Below are positions 25,096 through 38,927 of a stretch of DNA of 64,000 nucleotides, one piece after another. Below the pieces are notes generated by a model. That model saw only the letters and a program-made list of their open reading frames with translations, did not search any database and was not told the DNA's origin. Source of the stretch: Octopus bimaculoides (Eukaryota). Every line of letters begins with the position of its first letter. The first letter of the stretch is position 1. The stretch is taken from contig NC_069000.1 of the NCBI RefSeq assembly GCF_001194135.2, forward strand, positions 9,481,984 through 9,545,983, given 5' to 3'. The position numbers and the translations under genes were made by a program.

Positions 25096-25605
25096 TGAGG
25101 TAGTTATATGTTAGTAGTGCAATGGATTAAAGTACATTATTTCAGAATTTCAGGCCAGTAGAGAACGTCACAACTATTTAGTAAATATGTATGTATATTT
25201 GTATGTACACACACACACATGTACAAATACACACACACAGATACAACCTTTGTTGATGAACTTTTACATGATATGATGTTAGGAGTAGGAGGAGTGGAAG
25301 AGGAGGAGTGGAAGAGGAGGAGTAAGTCACCTATTGCCGAGGGAAGAGTGTATGGCAGGAATGTGGAAATGAATCTGACTTCCATGATTATCAAATTCTG
25401 TAACTGTCTGTTTTGTATTTTCTGCAGAAAATACAAAATAGACAGTAAGAGTATAGAATAACATTAGTACAACAGTGGACAATAGCATGCGGTTGTCCTA
25501 CATGCTAGAAATAGCAGTCATACCTCTCTCTCTCTCTCTCTCTCATACCACTGCCAACTTACTGCTTTATAGAAAAGGAAAGACAATTGAAAATATAGTA
25601 CTTGA

Positions 25606-25676
25606 TATAGGCTCAGGTAGACTATAGGCAGAGGTGTGGCTATAGGCACAGGTGTAGTTATAGGCACAGGTGTAGT
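25606..25676 (+). repeat. 18-bp tandem repeat (TATAGGCACAGGTGTAGT) at a SINE head
   Basis: Units at 25623, 25641 and 25659 plus a degenerate unit upstream, directly followed by a family A SINE. Confidence 0.8.
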
Positions 25677-25929
25677 TTTAAGCGCAGGGGAGCTGTGGGG
25701 TTAAGAAGTTAGCTTTCCAACCATATGGTCTTGGGTTCTGTCCCACCAAATGGCACATTGGGGAAGTGTTTTCCTCTATAGTCTTGGGCTGAGAAAAGCC
25801 TTGTAAGTAGATTTGATTGACAGAAACTAAAAGAAGCTCATCAGGTTTATATATTGGATTGAGTAGAAGGAAATGCTGTGCTAGTTCACATTATACATGG
25901 TGGATAAGGTGGTGCACGAAGGAAAGATA

Positions 25930-26450
25930 TGATGGAAGTAAATAATGGGAGGGGAAGTAAGGGATAGGGGAATAGTGAGAGAGAGAGAGAGAGAGAGAGA
26001 GTCAGCATGATAAAAGCAGTGAGGAAGAGGGAGTGGTGGTGGTGGTGGTGGTAGGGTGGGTGGGGGTGAGTAGGACGAGATTTAGTGCTAATGCACTTTA
26101 TATGTGGATAGAGTAATGCAGAAAAGGGATAATATGATGATGAGGGGCCAGGGGCATATCATCCAGGTAACATGTCCAAGAGAGCATGGTGACAGAAGAA
26201 TCAGGGAGGGTAGCTAAAGGTAGCTAGAATGCAAACTCTCCCCATGCAAGCATCATGAGGAAGGAAGAAGGAATGGTTGCAGGATGTAGGTGGTGGAGGT
26301 ATGAGGAAGTGATACATCTAGAAGGCATAAATTGAGTATTTCCTCCTCAATTATGGGTGTTGTGGCACTGTGATTTGAACTTCTAATGTAAAAACGAGTA
26401 ACGGAACAAATATCGCAAGGTACTTTAATACTCGACTGATGGCATACCAT
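25930..26450 (-). mobile_element. Highly decayed Penelope-like RT remnant (tentative)
   Basis: The pyrimidine-rich - strand gives ACMGEF and WTCYLDDM, weakly resembling the PLE RT motifs ANLFMGxFE and WxRYIDDI. A similar composition block lies at about 8470-9015. Confidence 0.3.
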
Positions 26451-27414
26451 AAAGGAGTTACTTCCCTTGAGTTAGAAGCAGTTACCTCCCTTCCTAGACA
26501 TAGCAACCAAATCTCTCTCTAGTCACAACCAGCCGTGTTTAATGTAGTTCCAGATTAATTATATCTGGAGAAAGAAAAAAAAGAAAAGCCGGGTTGATCT
26601 GGTTTGGAATGCCTTTGTCTGTCGATCTGCTTGATTATGGCAGATATGGATCTAGACTAACAAAAGCATTAAGAACAGACTATAAAAATCAACTGTTCGT
26701 TTGAAGACCTTTAACAAATTTACGAAACTGTCGTTAAGTGTCACTGTAACCATTCAGTTAAAATGGAGGGAGACACAAAATTGGTTTTCCTCTCATTGAA
26801 CTTTATCGGGAACAATTCTTGACAAATGTACTTTGAATATGTTACGATGAAGTCCATGCTTCGACAGCTCTGCTAATGTTATTGTTTGTTTAACTTATTT
26901 ATTGAAAGAACATTAAACACATTGTAAGTTTATGTTTATTCCTTAAACCACAAGAATTGTTTGTTATAATTAGTTTAATATCGTCTCTTTGCGAAATACT
27001 CAAACTTTAGAATTCGTTTATGTTGTCTTCCCGTCAGTAACACCTCTTAATTCCATCCACAGGTTCTTCTAATTGCAAGGAGGTTGCATAGGATAAAAAT
27101 TGTAACGTGACAATAAGAGTTGTCCTTTCTATGAATCATGTTAATACACATATCCATATATATTCGTACATGTATTTTATATATTTGCAGGAAAACATTT
27201 ATTTCGAAACTAGAAAGAAGCCTTTTCATTTTGGCATTTACTTACATTCGTATAGTGTTTTAATAATCTGTCTTGCATAATTAGTTTTCTTTTGGAGGGA
27301 ATCTACCAAAATACTATGGGTCATATAAGGACTACGTCTACCATTATATTTAATTTTATTAGAATTAAAAAGAATTACTAGGCGATCTTTCGATACTAGT
27401 CCACCACAACTTCC

Positions 27415-27812
27415 GGTCGTCGCGGGCACGCATACTCATTACATGATCGTATAGTGTGTTTATGTGTTTAAATGACTTGAAAATATGAAAAGACAACATT
27501 AAATAGAAACTCAAACCTTCTCCCCCTCAGATGCATACAGTTCTCAAACTTTAAACACATAAACACCCTATACGATCATGTAATCAGTATAGGGAGGAGA
27601 TACGCCACTGTGGAGGTGCGCTTCACAACGGAGGAGGAAGCACTAAAGCACTCCACAGAGGCAATAAGGACAGAGGAATGGGTGCTCTTGCCTTCGTACT
27701 GCGGCAAACGTGTGGCCAAAGTGCGAGTGAGTAAGGTGCCATCCGAACTGAAACTTTAAACACATAAACACACTATACGATCATGTAATCAGTATGCGTG
27801 CGCGCAACGACC
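27415..27812. mobile_element. MITE-like element with about 58-bp terminal inverted repeats
   Basis: 27415-27472 is the reverse complement of 27755-27812 with three mismatches. Confidence 0.7.
27591..27750 (+). mobile_element. 160-bp fragment resembling LINE ORF1 (L1/Tx1-like RRM region)
   Basis: GC-rich, stop-free frame from 27592: GRRYATVEVRFTTEEEALKHSTEAIRTEEWVLLPSYCGKRVAKVRVSKVPSEL. The clade assignment rests on pattern recognition only. Confidence 0.5.
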
Positions 27813-28034
27813 AGGAGGTTTGTTTGCATCCCCGTAACTTAGCAGTTCATTCAAAAGACAAGTGAATAAGTATCATACTTCAAAAATAAGTACTGGGGAT
27901 GTTCCAGCAAGGCCACAGTCCAATGACTGAAACAAGTAGAAAGATAAAGCTTGTAAAAATATATTAAACTATGTGTGCATGTGTGTGTTTCATTCATTTA
28001 TTTATATATTTTGTATTTCTCTTTTAGGTCCACA

Positions 28035-31000
28035 ATGGAGGTGAGTTTTGTCAGTTTGGTTCGGCAGTTGTGTAAACATCATGTTGAAAAAATGATCAAA
28101 GATTTGGATTATTTTTACCACCCACTACGACTGCAAGGGGACCACAACCAACTTGTGAAGAGGTTCCAGATTAAAGCTTACAATGCATTATTTGGTTACC
28201 TTGAGCAACTGGCAAGGTAAATAGGATGTTTTTTTTTTCCTTAACCCTCACAGACCTGGGCCCCTGTGTTTAACTTTACCCTCCACCTGAACTCCTGAGC
28301 AAAAAAAAAAAATAAATAATTGCATATAAAGCTCAATAGTAATGATTGAAGCAAACTGATGGACAGAATCAGTTGCAATTTTTTATTTCTATGTGTGTTT
28401 GTCATAACTGCTTTACCAGGAATTTAGCAGAGATGATGTTTAACCTATTCCCACAATAATGGGAATACAGCATGACAGGGTTAAACTTTATTTGTCTCTG
28501 AACTAGAACTTGAGTATTTTCACTCTAAAAATACTTTATGAAGAAATTGGTACTAAATACCACACCAAAATCTTTATTCTCAGAACTGGAAATGTATTGC
28601 TTTTATGTGCCGTCACTACATGAAAAGCACACATGCTGGCACTATGTAAAAAGTACCCATGCTGGTGCTTTGTAAATGGTACCCAGTGCACTCTGTAAAG
28701 TAGTTGGCATTAGGAAGGGCATCTAGCCACAGTAACCCTGCCTAAACAGATGACTGGTGCAGCTCCTGTCAAACCGTCCAACCCATGCCAGCATGGAGAA
28801 TAGACTTTAAATGATGATGATGACGTTTTTTAGCCCTAGATGTACCCATCACTTAAAACAATGATGATGATGATAAATTCTAACTGATGAGATTTCCTGA
28901 CTGATTGCTGCTTCTGTTGTTAAGCAATTTCTGCTCTTTTACATTACCACAGGCAGAAGAAAACTGGCTCAAAGAAGACATCAATATCTGGTATCAACCA
29001 GCAATTGGTGAAGTTACTGTCTTGGGTGGTGGTTCTTTTACAACAGAACAAACATGAAGAAAGCCAACAGTTACAGATACTAGTGGAGAAATTACTCAAA
29101 TTGGATTCAGGTGAGATGAGAACAATTTTCTACAATTAAAGACATTTCACAAATTAGTTAATGATCATTACATTCAGTCATAATTAACCCTTTTGATACC
29201 AATCCACTTGAAATTGCCCATGGTTCTATGATACAAATTCTTTATTTTAAAGTGTTCTAAATTAAAATCTTCCATCAAAATTTCATGTTAATTTATGTTC
29301 CAAATATCAACTTAATGATATCAAAGTTATTTTACTAATTCTTCATTATTTTCAAAATTAATTGCCACAAAGGCATTGTTCAACAGAGAAATGGTAACAA
29401 AAGGGTTAATTGCCCAATATTTCATTTTTTTCCCCTATGTGCTTTGCTTCAAACCAAGAAATATGGCTGAGGATAAAGTAAGGATTAATTTGGATACAAT
29501 TGACTGCAAACTAAATATCAGTTTAAATGTTTATCTTTTACTTGTTTCAGTCAGTAGACTGAAATCATGCTGGGCACTGCCCTGAAGAACTTCTATTTAG
29601 TTGAATAAATCAACCCCAGTACTTTTTTTAAGCCTGATACTTATTCTATTGGTTGTCAAGTAGTGGTGCAAGACAAACACAGATACGAAGATGTGCACAC
29701 ACACACACACACACAGAGGCTTCTTTCAGTTTCCATTTACCAAATCCACATGGTTCCAGGTTCAGTCCCACTGCATGGCATCTTGGGCAGGTATCTTCTA
29801 TTATGGACTTAGGCCAACCAGATCCACTTAAAAGGCTTTGGTTCATCTGACGCTATAGTAGAAGACACTTGTCCAAGGTGCCATGCAGTGAGACTGAACC
29901 TGGAACCATAATTCCTCATAGAACTGTAATATCAATAATGGTTTGCTTTTTTTAATGTATCCTTTTATTGTAAACTTCTAGATAAATTGGAGTCTTGTCT
30001 GAGATTTTTACTGCAGTTAGCAGGCTCAGGTGAACAGAAAAAAGGACTTCTTGGCTATCAAAGGAACCATTACCAACAAAGAAAAGTAAGTTTTATTTTG
30101 TTGCTCAATGTTATAGATCAGACATGAAGCACTACTACAGTCTAATATCAGAAAGGTTAGCCAGCAACACTGTAAAAACATCATCATTACTTCATTACTG
30201 TTTTAACATCTACTTTTCCTTACTTGCATGGGTCAGACAAGATATGTTGGAACAGTTTTCTTTGACTAAATGTCCTGACACCAATCCTGTTTCCAAGCAA
30301 GGTGATAAATAATCTCCCAATCTGTCGGGCAACAAACAGTCCAGACACTAGTATTGAGTCCTTTTATCAATAAATTTTGTTGTTATTTGCCACTTAACAA
30401 TGTTAACAGTACTAAAATTTCTTTTTATTGTTTTAGAATACTATGCTGAAACTTGTTGGCTTTGACTATTTGAAATCTACTCAGAAATATTCCTCACAAA
30501 ATGCTGGTTTCATGTATTATTCCCTATATCCCAGGTATAGCCTATTTATTTTCCTCTTTGAATACCTCATCCCTCACTTGTTGTTCATAATCACCCAGCT
30601 ATGATATATTTCTCTCTGCTTCACTGAGGCCTGTGGTTCTCAACCTTTTTAATAATATCTGGGGACCAGATCCAAAATCTGGACTTTTTTAGGGGTGAGG
30701 GGCCACACTAAAAGAAGTAGAACGTAAGTCAATCAAAGAAAAATTTATTATATTTATGGCGTTGGGAAGGGCAACCAGCTGTAGAAACTTTGCCAGATCA
30801 GATTGAGCCTGGTGCAGCCTCTGGCTCACCAGTCCTCAGTCAAACCATCCAACCCATACCAGCATGGAAAGCAGACGTTAAATGATGATGATGAGGGAAG
30901 ACAGTTGAAGGCCACTTGAAGGATGCTTCAGGGCTACATGCATCTCTGGGAGCTATGGTTAGGCAATGCATCATCTCTTTTCTCTTCTGTTGGCTTCCTT

Positions 31001-34000
31001 CCTATGTCTATCAATTCAGGAAATTTTACTGTATTAGTCTAGTTTGCTGACTATTGTAGTCTTTAATAAGCCATTCTATCATCTTCATAATTTTACATCT
31101 GCTTTTTCATGTTGGCATGAATTAGACAGATCTACATCAATAGAACATCTCCCACTTGTTGCAGTCATTCATCATGTCATTCAGATGTGAACTACTGATT
31201 TAGAGTTGAATGGGTTCAGTTTGCATTTACCACATCATCATCATCATTTAATGTTTGTTTTCCATACTGGAAGGTTTGACAGGAGTTGGCAAGCTGGGGA
31301 GCTGTACAAGGCTCCAGTTGTCCGTTTTGGCATGGTTTCTATGGCTGGATGCCCTTCCTAACACCAACCACTTTTTATGTGACACCAGCATGGGTACTTA
31401 TGTGTGGTACCAACATGGGTTCTTTTTTACATGGATTTTTGTGAATTAGCACACACTTTTCTTTTTCCTTTCTCTTTGTTTTTAATCTTTCAAATGTTGA
31501 TCTCTAAACAAATCCATAATTATGTTCCTGCCATTATGATTTTCATCATCGCCACTTTACATCCATTTCTTCATATTTGCATGGATTCCAGCATTGTGAT
31601 AACCTTAACAGAATGTCCCTTAAATGTTGCATTTCTAATGTGTTTTAAATGTTTTCATGTTTCAGAGAGTTATTTGAGTCTAATGGGTTGGATTGCTCTC
31701 ATGATTGGCAAGAGGTAAGGGATAAGATTTTAATGTCCATTTCTTTATGCAAAATAACTGCCACATTAAAAATTAATCATCACAGTATGACTAATGACAA
31801 TTTTCTTTTCTTTTAATTGGGTGCTGTTTGAATATTGCAAACACTAACAACAACAACTACAAAAATGAGCCAGTGAGGGAAGCTCTTCATGGTTGCTCAA
31901 TCTGTTAGAAATAGCAATCAAATCACTACAAATCATACTCTATCATTTATAGAAAGGAAACACACATTGAATTAGAAAATGAATGAAAAGAAAAATAAGG
32001 AAAGCTTCTAACATTGCATAAAGTTAAAAAAAAAAACTTTTATATTTTGGGTGCAAATTCCTATCTTCAGAAGAATGCAATCAAGGAAATGTGTATTTAC
32101 ATAGATTTTGTTATTTCGGTGTTTGAGTTAGCAGCAGCAACAGCAACTCCCCAACTTTTGGTGTTGAAGTTAGTAGCAGCAACAGACTATAGGATGGTGG
32201 CAGTTGTGTTGTGGTGTTAGTGGCATAGGTATTACACAATCCTAGCTAAATAATATAGAATGGGCCATGGCTGGAATGCCTTCAGTTGTAGGTCTACTCA
32301 ATCATGGTTGAACCAGAAGCAATCTACTACAATGGCAACAACAATAAAAAGTGATTTATCTTAAATACACTTACTGAATGTTAAGTCTTCAAGATCAACT
32401 CCTACGACTCAATGGATTTTAACACTTTATATCACAGCAGTGAATTGACAGAATCATTAGCATGTCAGACAAAGTGTCTGTAGTATTTGCTCACAACCCT
32501 TTGCATTCTGAGTTCAAATCCTGCTGAGCTCAATTTCTTTCTTTTCGTCCTTTTGGGATCAATAAAATCAAATATCTGTTAAATACTGAGGTCAATTCCT
32601 ATAATCCGTCTAAGACGAAGCAAGGCATTTTAGAAACATTTTACTCGATGTAATCTTTCCATTTTGTTGTTCTAATATGATATTCACTTTATCATTTCAG
32701 ATATTTGCAAAATCCCCAGGACAGGGTCTGTCTGACAATTTCCGTGTGAAGGTAAGTTCTAGTACTTCTCTTTTTGAGCAGAAAGATCTTAATTGATCTG
32801 CTGTACCTCATTTCATAAAATTTTGGCATTATGTGGTTCAGTAGGTATGGAGCTTGCTTCCTAACCATGTGGTGTCAGGGTTCAGCACCTTGGGTCAGTA
32901 ACTCCAGTTATAACCCAGGTCTGACTAAAGCCTTGTGAGTAGATTTGGTAGATGGAAACTGAGAGAAGCTCATTATGTGTATGTGTATTTCTGTGACATG
33001 TGATTGGTTACTTTATCTTCAGATTTCTTCTTTGCTCTCAGTAAGACCTTCTCGTTAACCATGCTTTCCTGTCACATACATACCTGTGATTGCTCCATAC
33101 TTTTGAGAAAAATGCAACTTTAACTCTATTTTTCAGAATATCCTCAATGATAACCATGAAAACCTTACACAGAGGACATTGTATGGTGCTCTCAGTCATC
33201 GCAGTGTTTACAATCTGGACATTAAGCTGGGCCTACCTGACCTGCTACCAAATCATCAAAGGTAAAACTCCTACTTGTGCTATTATTTCTATCCTTTATT
33301 CTTTTCCTAACCTCTTTTTATTCATTTTCTTCTTCCATTTTCTATCCACTATGTTAACTCTGACCCAAAGAAAGTCTCTTTGTGGTCACTCAATCTACTA
33401 GAAATAGCCAAATCTCTCTTAAAATTGCCCCTTTATCTTAAAACGTGAAGGATACATTAGATTATAGTCCTAGATACTTTGTGTTTGGAGACAAGAAAAA
33501 GAGAATGGTCAAGGCTGGAATGCTTGATTGTAGATCAACTCAATCAGTTGACCTAGGGTTAAACAGTAACAACTAGCTCGTTGGAACAAATCTATCATGG
33601 GCAGCCAAAGGCTTACTGAAGGTGTAACACTGGGAATACAATCCTCACTTCACAGTGGCATTTGCTAAGGCAGTCTGTTTGCAACATCTGTCTATTGCAA
33701 GTGGAACCATTCTGCTTAAGAGTTATTTCCAGTTTCTATCATAGACGTGGGTGTGCTAATGTGGTAAGGAGTTTGCTTCCCGACTACATGGTTTCACGTT
33801 CATTTCCACTGTGTGGCACTTTGTACTCCTACAGTACTCTTGGAAATGACCAAAGCCTTGTGAGTGGATTAAGTAGACAGAAACTTGAAAGAAGCCTGTT
33901 GTATATTTGTGATGTGTGACAGGACCGAGATATGTGATGCATTACTGTACTTAAGAAGACCTACTTATCACAACAGAATTGTTATCCTAAAACCAAAGTG

Positions 34001-36144
34001 CTAGTGAAGCAAACCTATAAGCAAAGATATTCTAGCCATAATCATCTCAACTTTTTTTTCATTTGTAGGGTATCTGTGTCCTTCGTTTTTTTTTTAAACT
34101 GTAGGACTTGATTTAAGGGAGATTTGGCTTCTATTTCTAGTAGATTGAACTATTTTGTAGAGGCTCCCCTAATTGGGCTTCCCACTTTTTTTATGATTAA
34201 TTAAATTTCATGCATTAAAGAAGTTAATAAATAATTCATAATTTCTATTTCTTTCTCAGGCATCTTGTGTATCCCAAGATTCGTTCAGTTAAAACTGTAA
34301 GTATCTAACTTTTAATTTTTCTACTGCTTAATCAGAGAGGATGGAGTGTGTGTGGTGGTGGTGGAGGGTGTAGCACCCATGACTTGTATTTCTTCAGGGT
34401 CTTTGGGACTGGTTGGAGGAAGGGAGGAAGTTATTCTCAAACCAGAGACCTGATCTGAATACATGAAGCAGAATGAACTCTGCCAAAGGTTCACGAGGAC
34501 CTAGTAATGGTGTTAAACTGAGCAGTGGATGAAGTCTGTTCTCTAAGCCATTTCAATATTTTTGTGAAAACAATGAAATCTGTTGTTATATTTTTCTCAT
34601 ATACAGTTATAAATGCACACACATACACACAGTATATAAATAGCAGATCCTCAAACTTTAGATGAATTCTGTTGAATTAACAATGTCATTATTGACATGA
34701 GAAATGATATAATGGTATATAATAAAATGTTCTAGATCAGAAGGCTACACATTCGTATCATGTCGTGGTCACTACAGTTATGTGGTGTCTGGAACTCTTT
34801 AAGCTTTCATGCATTCCTTGACAAGGTAATGGTGTGTATTTATGCTCAGGTTGAATGACAGTTAGCTGCACTAACCAAATCATGCATACATAGATACTGC
34901 TCTGCCAAAATGAAATAATTCTACAAGTCTTTAAGAATCTGTACTGAGCTTTCTCTTCTTTTGTGTATAAATACATTAAGTGTATGTGTGGGGTATACAT
35001 ACATATATAATAAATATATATTTATAATGCTTACTTCCAGGTGCCAATGAGGACTTCTTCGCCATTGTTTGATGAAGGATTTCTTGAAGAAGAGACTTCT
35101 CGTGAAGAAGAGGTGTCTCCAATAGTAACCACAATGGAATCTTCTTCCAATGACAGTGGCATTTCTCAGCCATCGGATTTGAAGACCAGTATTTGGGATG
35201 CTGCACTGTCGTTCGAACCAAGTAAACATTATACATGGGAAACTGTTGGAAAGTAAGTCAGTCTTATTATGTAACCCCTACAAAAGGTAACCCCTAGCAG
35301 AAAAGGTAGAGTGTTGGAAGAAATGCTTTGTAGTGTTTGTTCTGGCTTTTTACATTCTGAGTTCAAATTCTGCCAAGGCCAACTTTGTGTTTCATCCTTT
35401 CAGGATCAATAAAATAAAGTGCCAGTCAAGTTCACTGGTTGATAGTGTTAACAACTCATCATCCCCTCAAAATTGCTGGCCTTGTGCCTAAATCAGAAAC
35501 CATTTTGTGTCCCTATTATAAATTCTCCCTATTTTCATATATTCAACTACCAGCATATTAGATAATGTTATTTTTATATAGAAAAACCCTCTGCAAAATG
35601 AAGCATGTCTAATTTCAAAGATATTTCTTCAACTAATATTTGTATCATTTTGTGTATTTTTAGACATCCAGGATTACAAGAACTGCCTTACCTCACTGAG
35701 GCTGGTCCAGAAGCAGTGGACAAAATATTTGCTGTTAAACTGAACGAGATGTCTATATTATGTCCCAGTCTTCAAGAAGCATCTAAAGTTACTGTCTCTG
35801 TTAAGCAGCTTGTCAATGATATTCTTCAGTTACTCATTGGGGTCCCATCTCACCTGTTTCTACTGAACAAGGTAAATCTATATTATCATCATCATCATCC
35901 TTTAACGTTCGTTTTCCATGCTGGCATGGGTTGGACAGTTTAACCAGAGCTGGCAAGCCAGAGAGCTGTATCGAGTTCCAATACGATTTGGCTTGGTTTC
36001 TCTGACTGGATGCCCTTCCTAATGCCAACAACTTTATAGTGTGTGCTGGGTGCTTTTTACACGGCACTAGCACAAGGCTCTTGTAGGCCAATCCTCTTCA
36101 CCAGGGGGTGCAACCATAACACTGCTGCTGTGGAGGACAGCTAT

Positions 36145-36214
<70 letters not shown>

Positions 36215-38892
36215 CATCATCATTATCATCATCATCGTTTAACATCCGCTTTCCATGCTAGCATGGGTTGGACGATTTGACTGAGGACTGGTGCAACCGG
36301 ATGGCTACACCAGGCTCCAATCTAATTTGGCAGAGTTTCTACAGCTGGATGCCCTTCCTAACGCCAACCACTCAGAGAGTGTAGTGGGTGCTTTTACGTA
36401 TCACCTGCATGAAAACGGCCACGCTCGAAATGGTGTCTTTTATGTGCCACCCGCACAAGAGCCAGTCCAGGGGCACTGGCAACGATCTCGCTCGAAAACC
36501 CTATATCATCGTCATTGTTTTAATGTCCTCTTTTTCATGCTCGTTTGGGTTGGATGGAATTTGTTGAGGTGGATTTTCTAGTCAGATATCATTCCTGTTG
36601 TCAACTCCTCACCTGTTTCCATACAGGCATGAAAAAGTAGATGTTAAATGATGATGACAATGATAAAACCTTGTTACGTTCTCACTCTGCTATATTTTTT
36701 ATGAATGTGCTTCATTTGTCTCTTTTCACAGGAAGCTCGAAAATTTTATATGAAGGACTGGATTTGTGTATCAGGGTTAACACCAACATCAGTGGATAAC
36801 CTGCTCGCACCATTTGTAGAATCTGGTAGCATCTACCATCAGCTGTCCTTGTTAGTACAGCTACCCGTCCATAAAATTACTGACAGTGGTGGACACACCT
36901 ATCAAGCTTTCATACAAGCTATTGACAACTACCTACTCTACTACCGAGCTGCCGTTTTGTCTATTCCCAAAGATATTACATTGCTTCAGCTGGAGTTTTA
37001 TTGCCGTCGACTGGTGAAACAATTGAAGTAAGTAACTTATAAACATTGGATGTATGTGTAGCAGTCTTATAATGGCATAGACCAGTGTTTCTCAACCTTT
37101 TTTTGTCCTGTACTTCACTTTCATTTCAAGAAAATCATGTGTCCAAACATGTATTGCTGTGTTGCACACACACATCATCATTTAATGTCTGTTGTCCATG
37201 CTGGCATAGGTTGGGCAGTTTGACCGGGGCTGACAAGCTGGAAGACTGTACCAGACTCTAGTCTGATTTGGCATCGTTTCTTCCTAATGCCAACCACTCT
37301 GAAAGTGTAATGTGTGCTTTTATGTGCCACCAGAATAGGTGCCATTTGCATGACACCAGTATCTGTCACAACTACAATTTCACTTGGTTTGGTGGATCTT
37401 CTTCTCAAGCATGGCATAATGCCAAAGGTCTTGGTCATTTGTCATTGCCTCCATATATGCCGCCAATATATTTTATATATTTCTCATTGTGTTTTGTTAC
37501 TTTTGTTGTCAGGTTCCTGTCAGGCCTCTGTCACTCTAATGAACAGATTAACAGCACACCATCCATTCCTGTTGTAAGTAAATTTATGCTCATTTCTCAT
37601 ACAGTATGCACATGCATATCTATGTGCATGTGGAACTATGCAACAATAATAATTATTTGATCAATAAACATCCTTAATGATTATCAGAGAGGGTCTCTGA
37701 ACATGGCAGGATCCTAAATGACAGACCTCTGTAGCAACCAATATAATTGTAGAAGGATCGGTGAAGATAATGAAGGTGAAATCAGTATTGAGAGTGTTGG
37801 TGGCAGCTGCTTTAACACTGGGCATAGCTGGCTGTTGCCTCTAATGTTTCTGAAAGACAAAAACAATGTTATATCAAGTATCTTGTATTTTTTTTTCTCT
37901 TTGCAGGGCTTAGAATTACTTGATTATTTATATAAGAAAACTGTAGAGATGTGGGACAGCGAACAGTATTACCTGATGCTCTCCATATTCCAGAGAGCCT
38001 GCACTCCATTTGCTCTGTAAGTATCCATTAACAGCAGAGTTACTTTTAGAGAAATCAAAACGATTATTGAGGCAATTAATGTGCTTTAATCTGGCTATGG
38101 TAATAGCTGTGGAGAAACAGATTTAGCTGTTAGCAAGCTTTGAAAAGCAGACATTAGGTGAAGTGATGATATAGGACTGGTCTTCTATTCAAGGTTATTA
38201 TCACTAGAGGTACCACCAAGAGTTGTGGACTAACAGAAATGATAGTGTTAGACTGAATACTTTGCAATATTTGTCTGTATATACTTAGACACAATAATGT
38301 TAGAATAATGTTTCAGTGCTTCACTGTGCATACTAGAGCCATTAAAGTTCTGTTTACCATACTAAACATATTGCCTGCCAATGGCAAACTTTTCTTTAAA
38401 CTAGCTGCTTAATTATCTGTTAACATTTCTCTCTGTTAATTAAGGTGGCAAGCTGGCTGAATCATTAGCGTGCCAGACAACATGTTTAATGGTATTTGAT
38501 CAGGCTTTATGTTCTGAGTTCAAATTCCACCAAAGTCACCTTTTACTTTTCATCCTTGTGAGGTTGATAAAATAAGTACCAGTTGAACACTGGGGGCAAG
38601 GTAATCAACTCACTCCCCACCCTTGAAATTGCTGGCCTTGTATCAAAATTTGAAATGAGTATTTTTTTTCTGTTAATTAATAGCCTACAGTCCTTCTTCC
38701 AAATCCTATTACATTTCAATTTCAAATCACATAGCTTTTTCAATTGCTCCAGAGTTGATCAAATAAGTACCAGTCTTAAAATGGGGTCAATTTAATTTGA
38801 CTTTACTCTCTCCTCACCTTTTATGGCCTTGTGCTCATGTACCAACTTCTATTCTTAGGCATTATATATTTGGAACTAATGAATCTTCTGCC

Positions 38893-38927
<35 letters not shown>

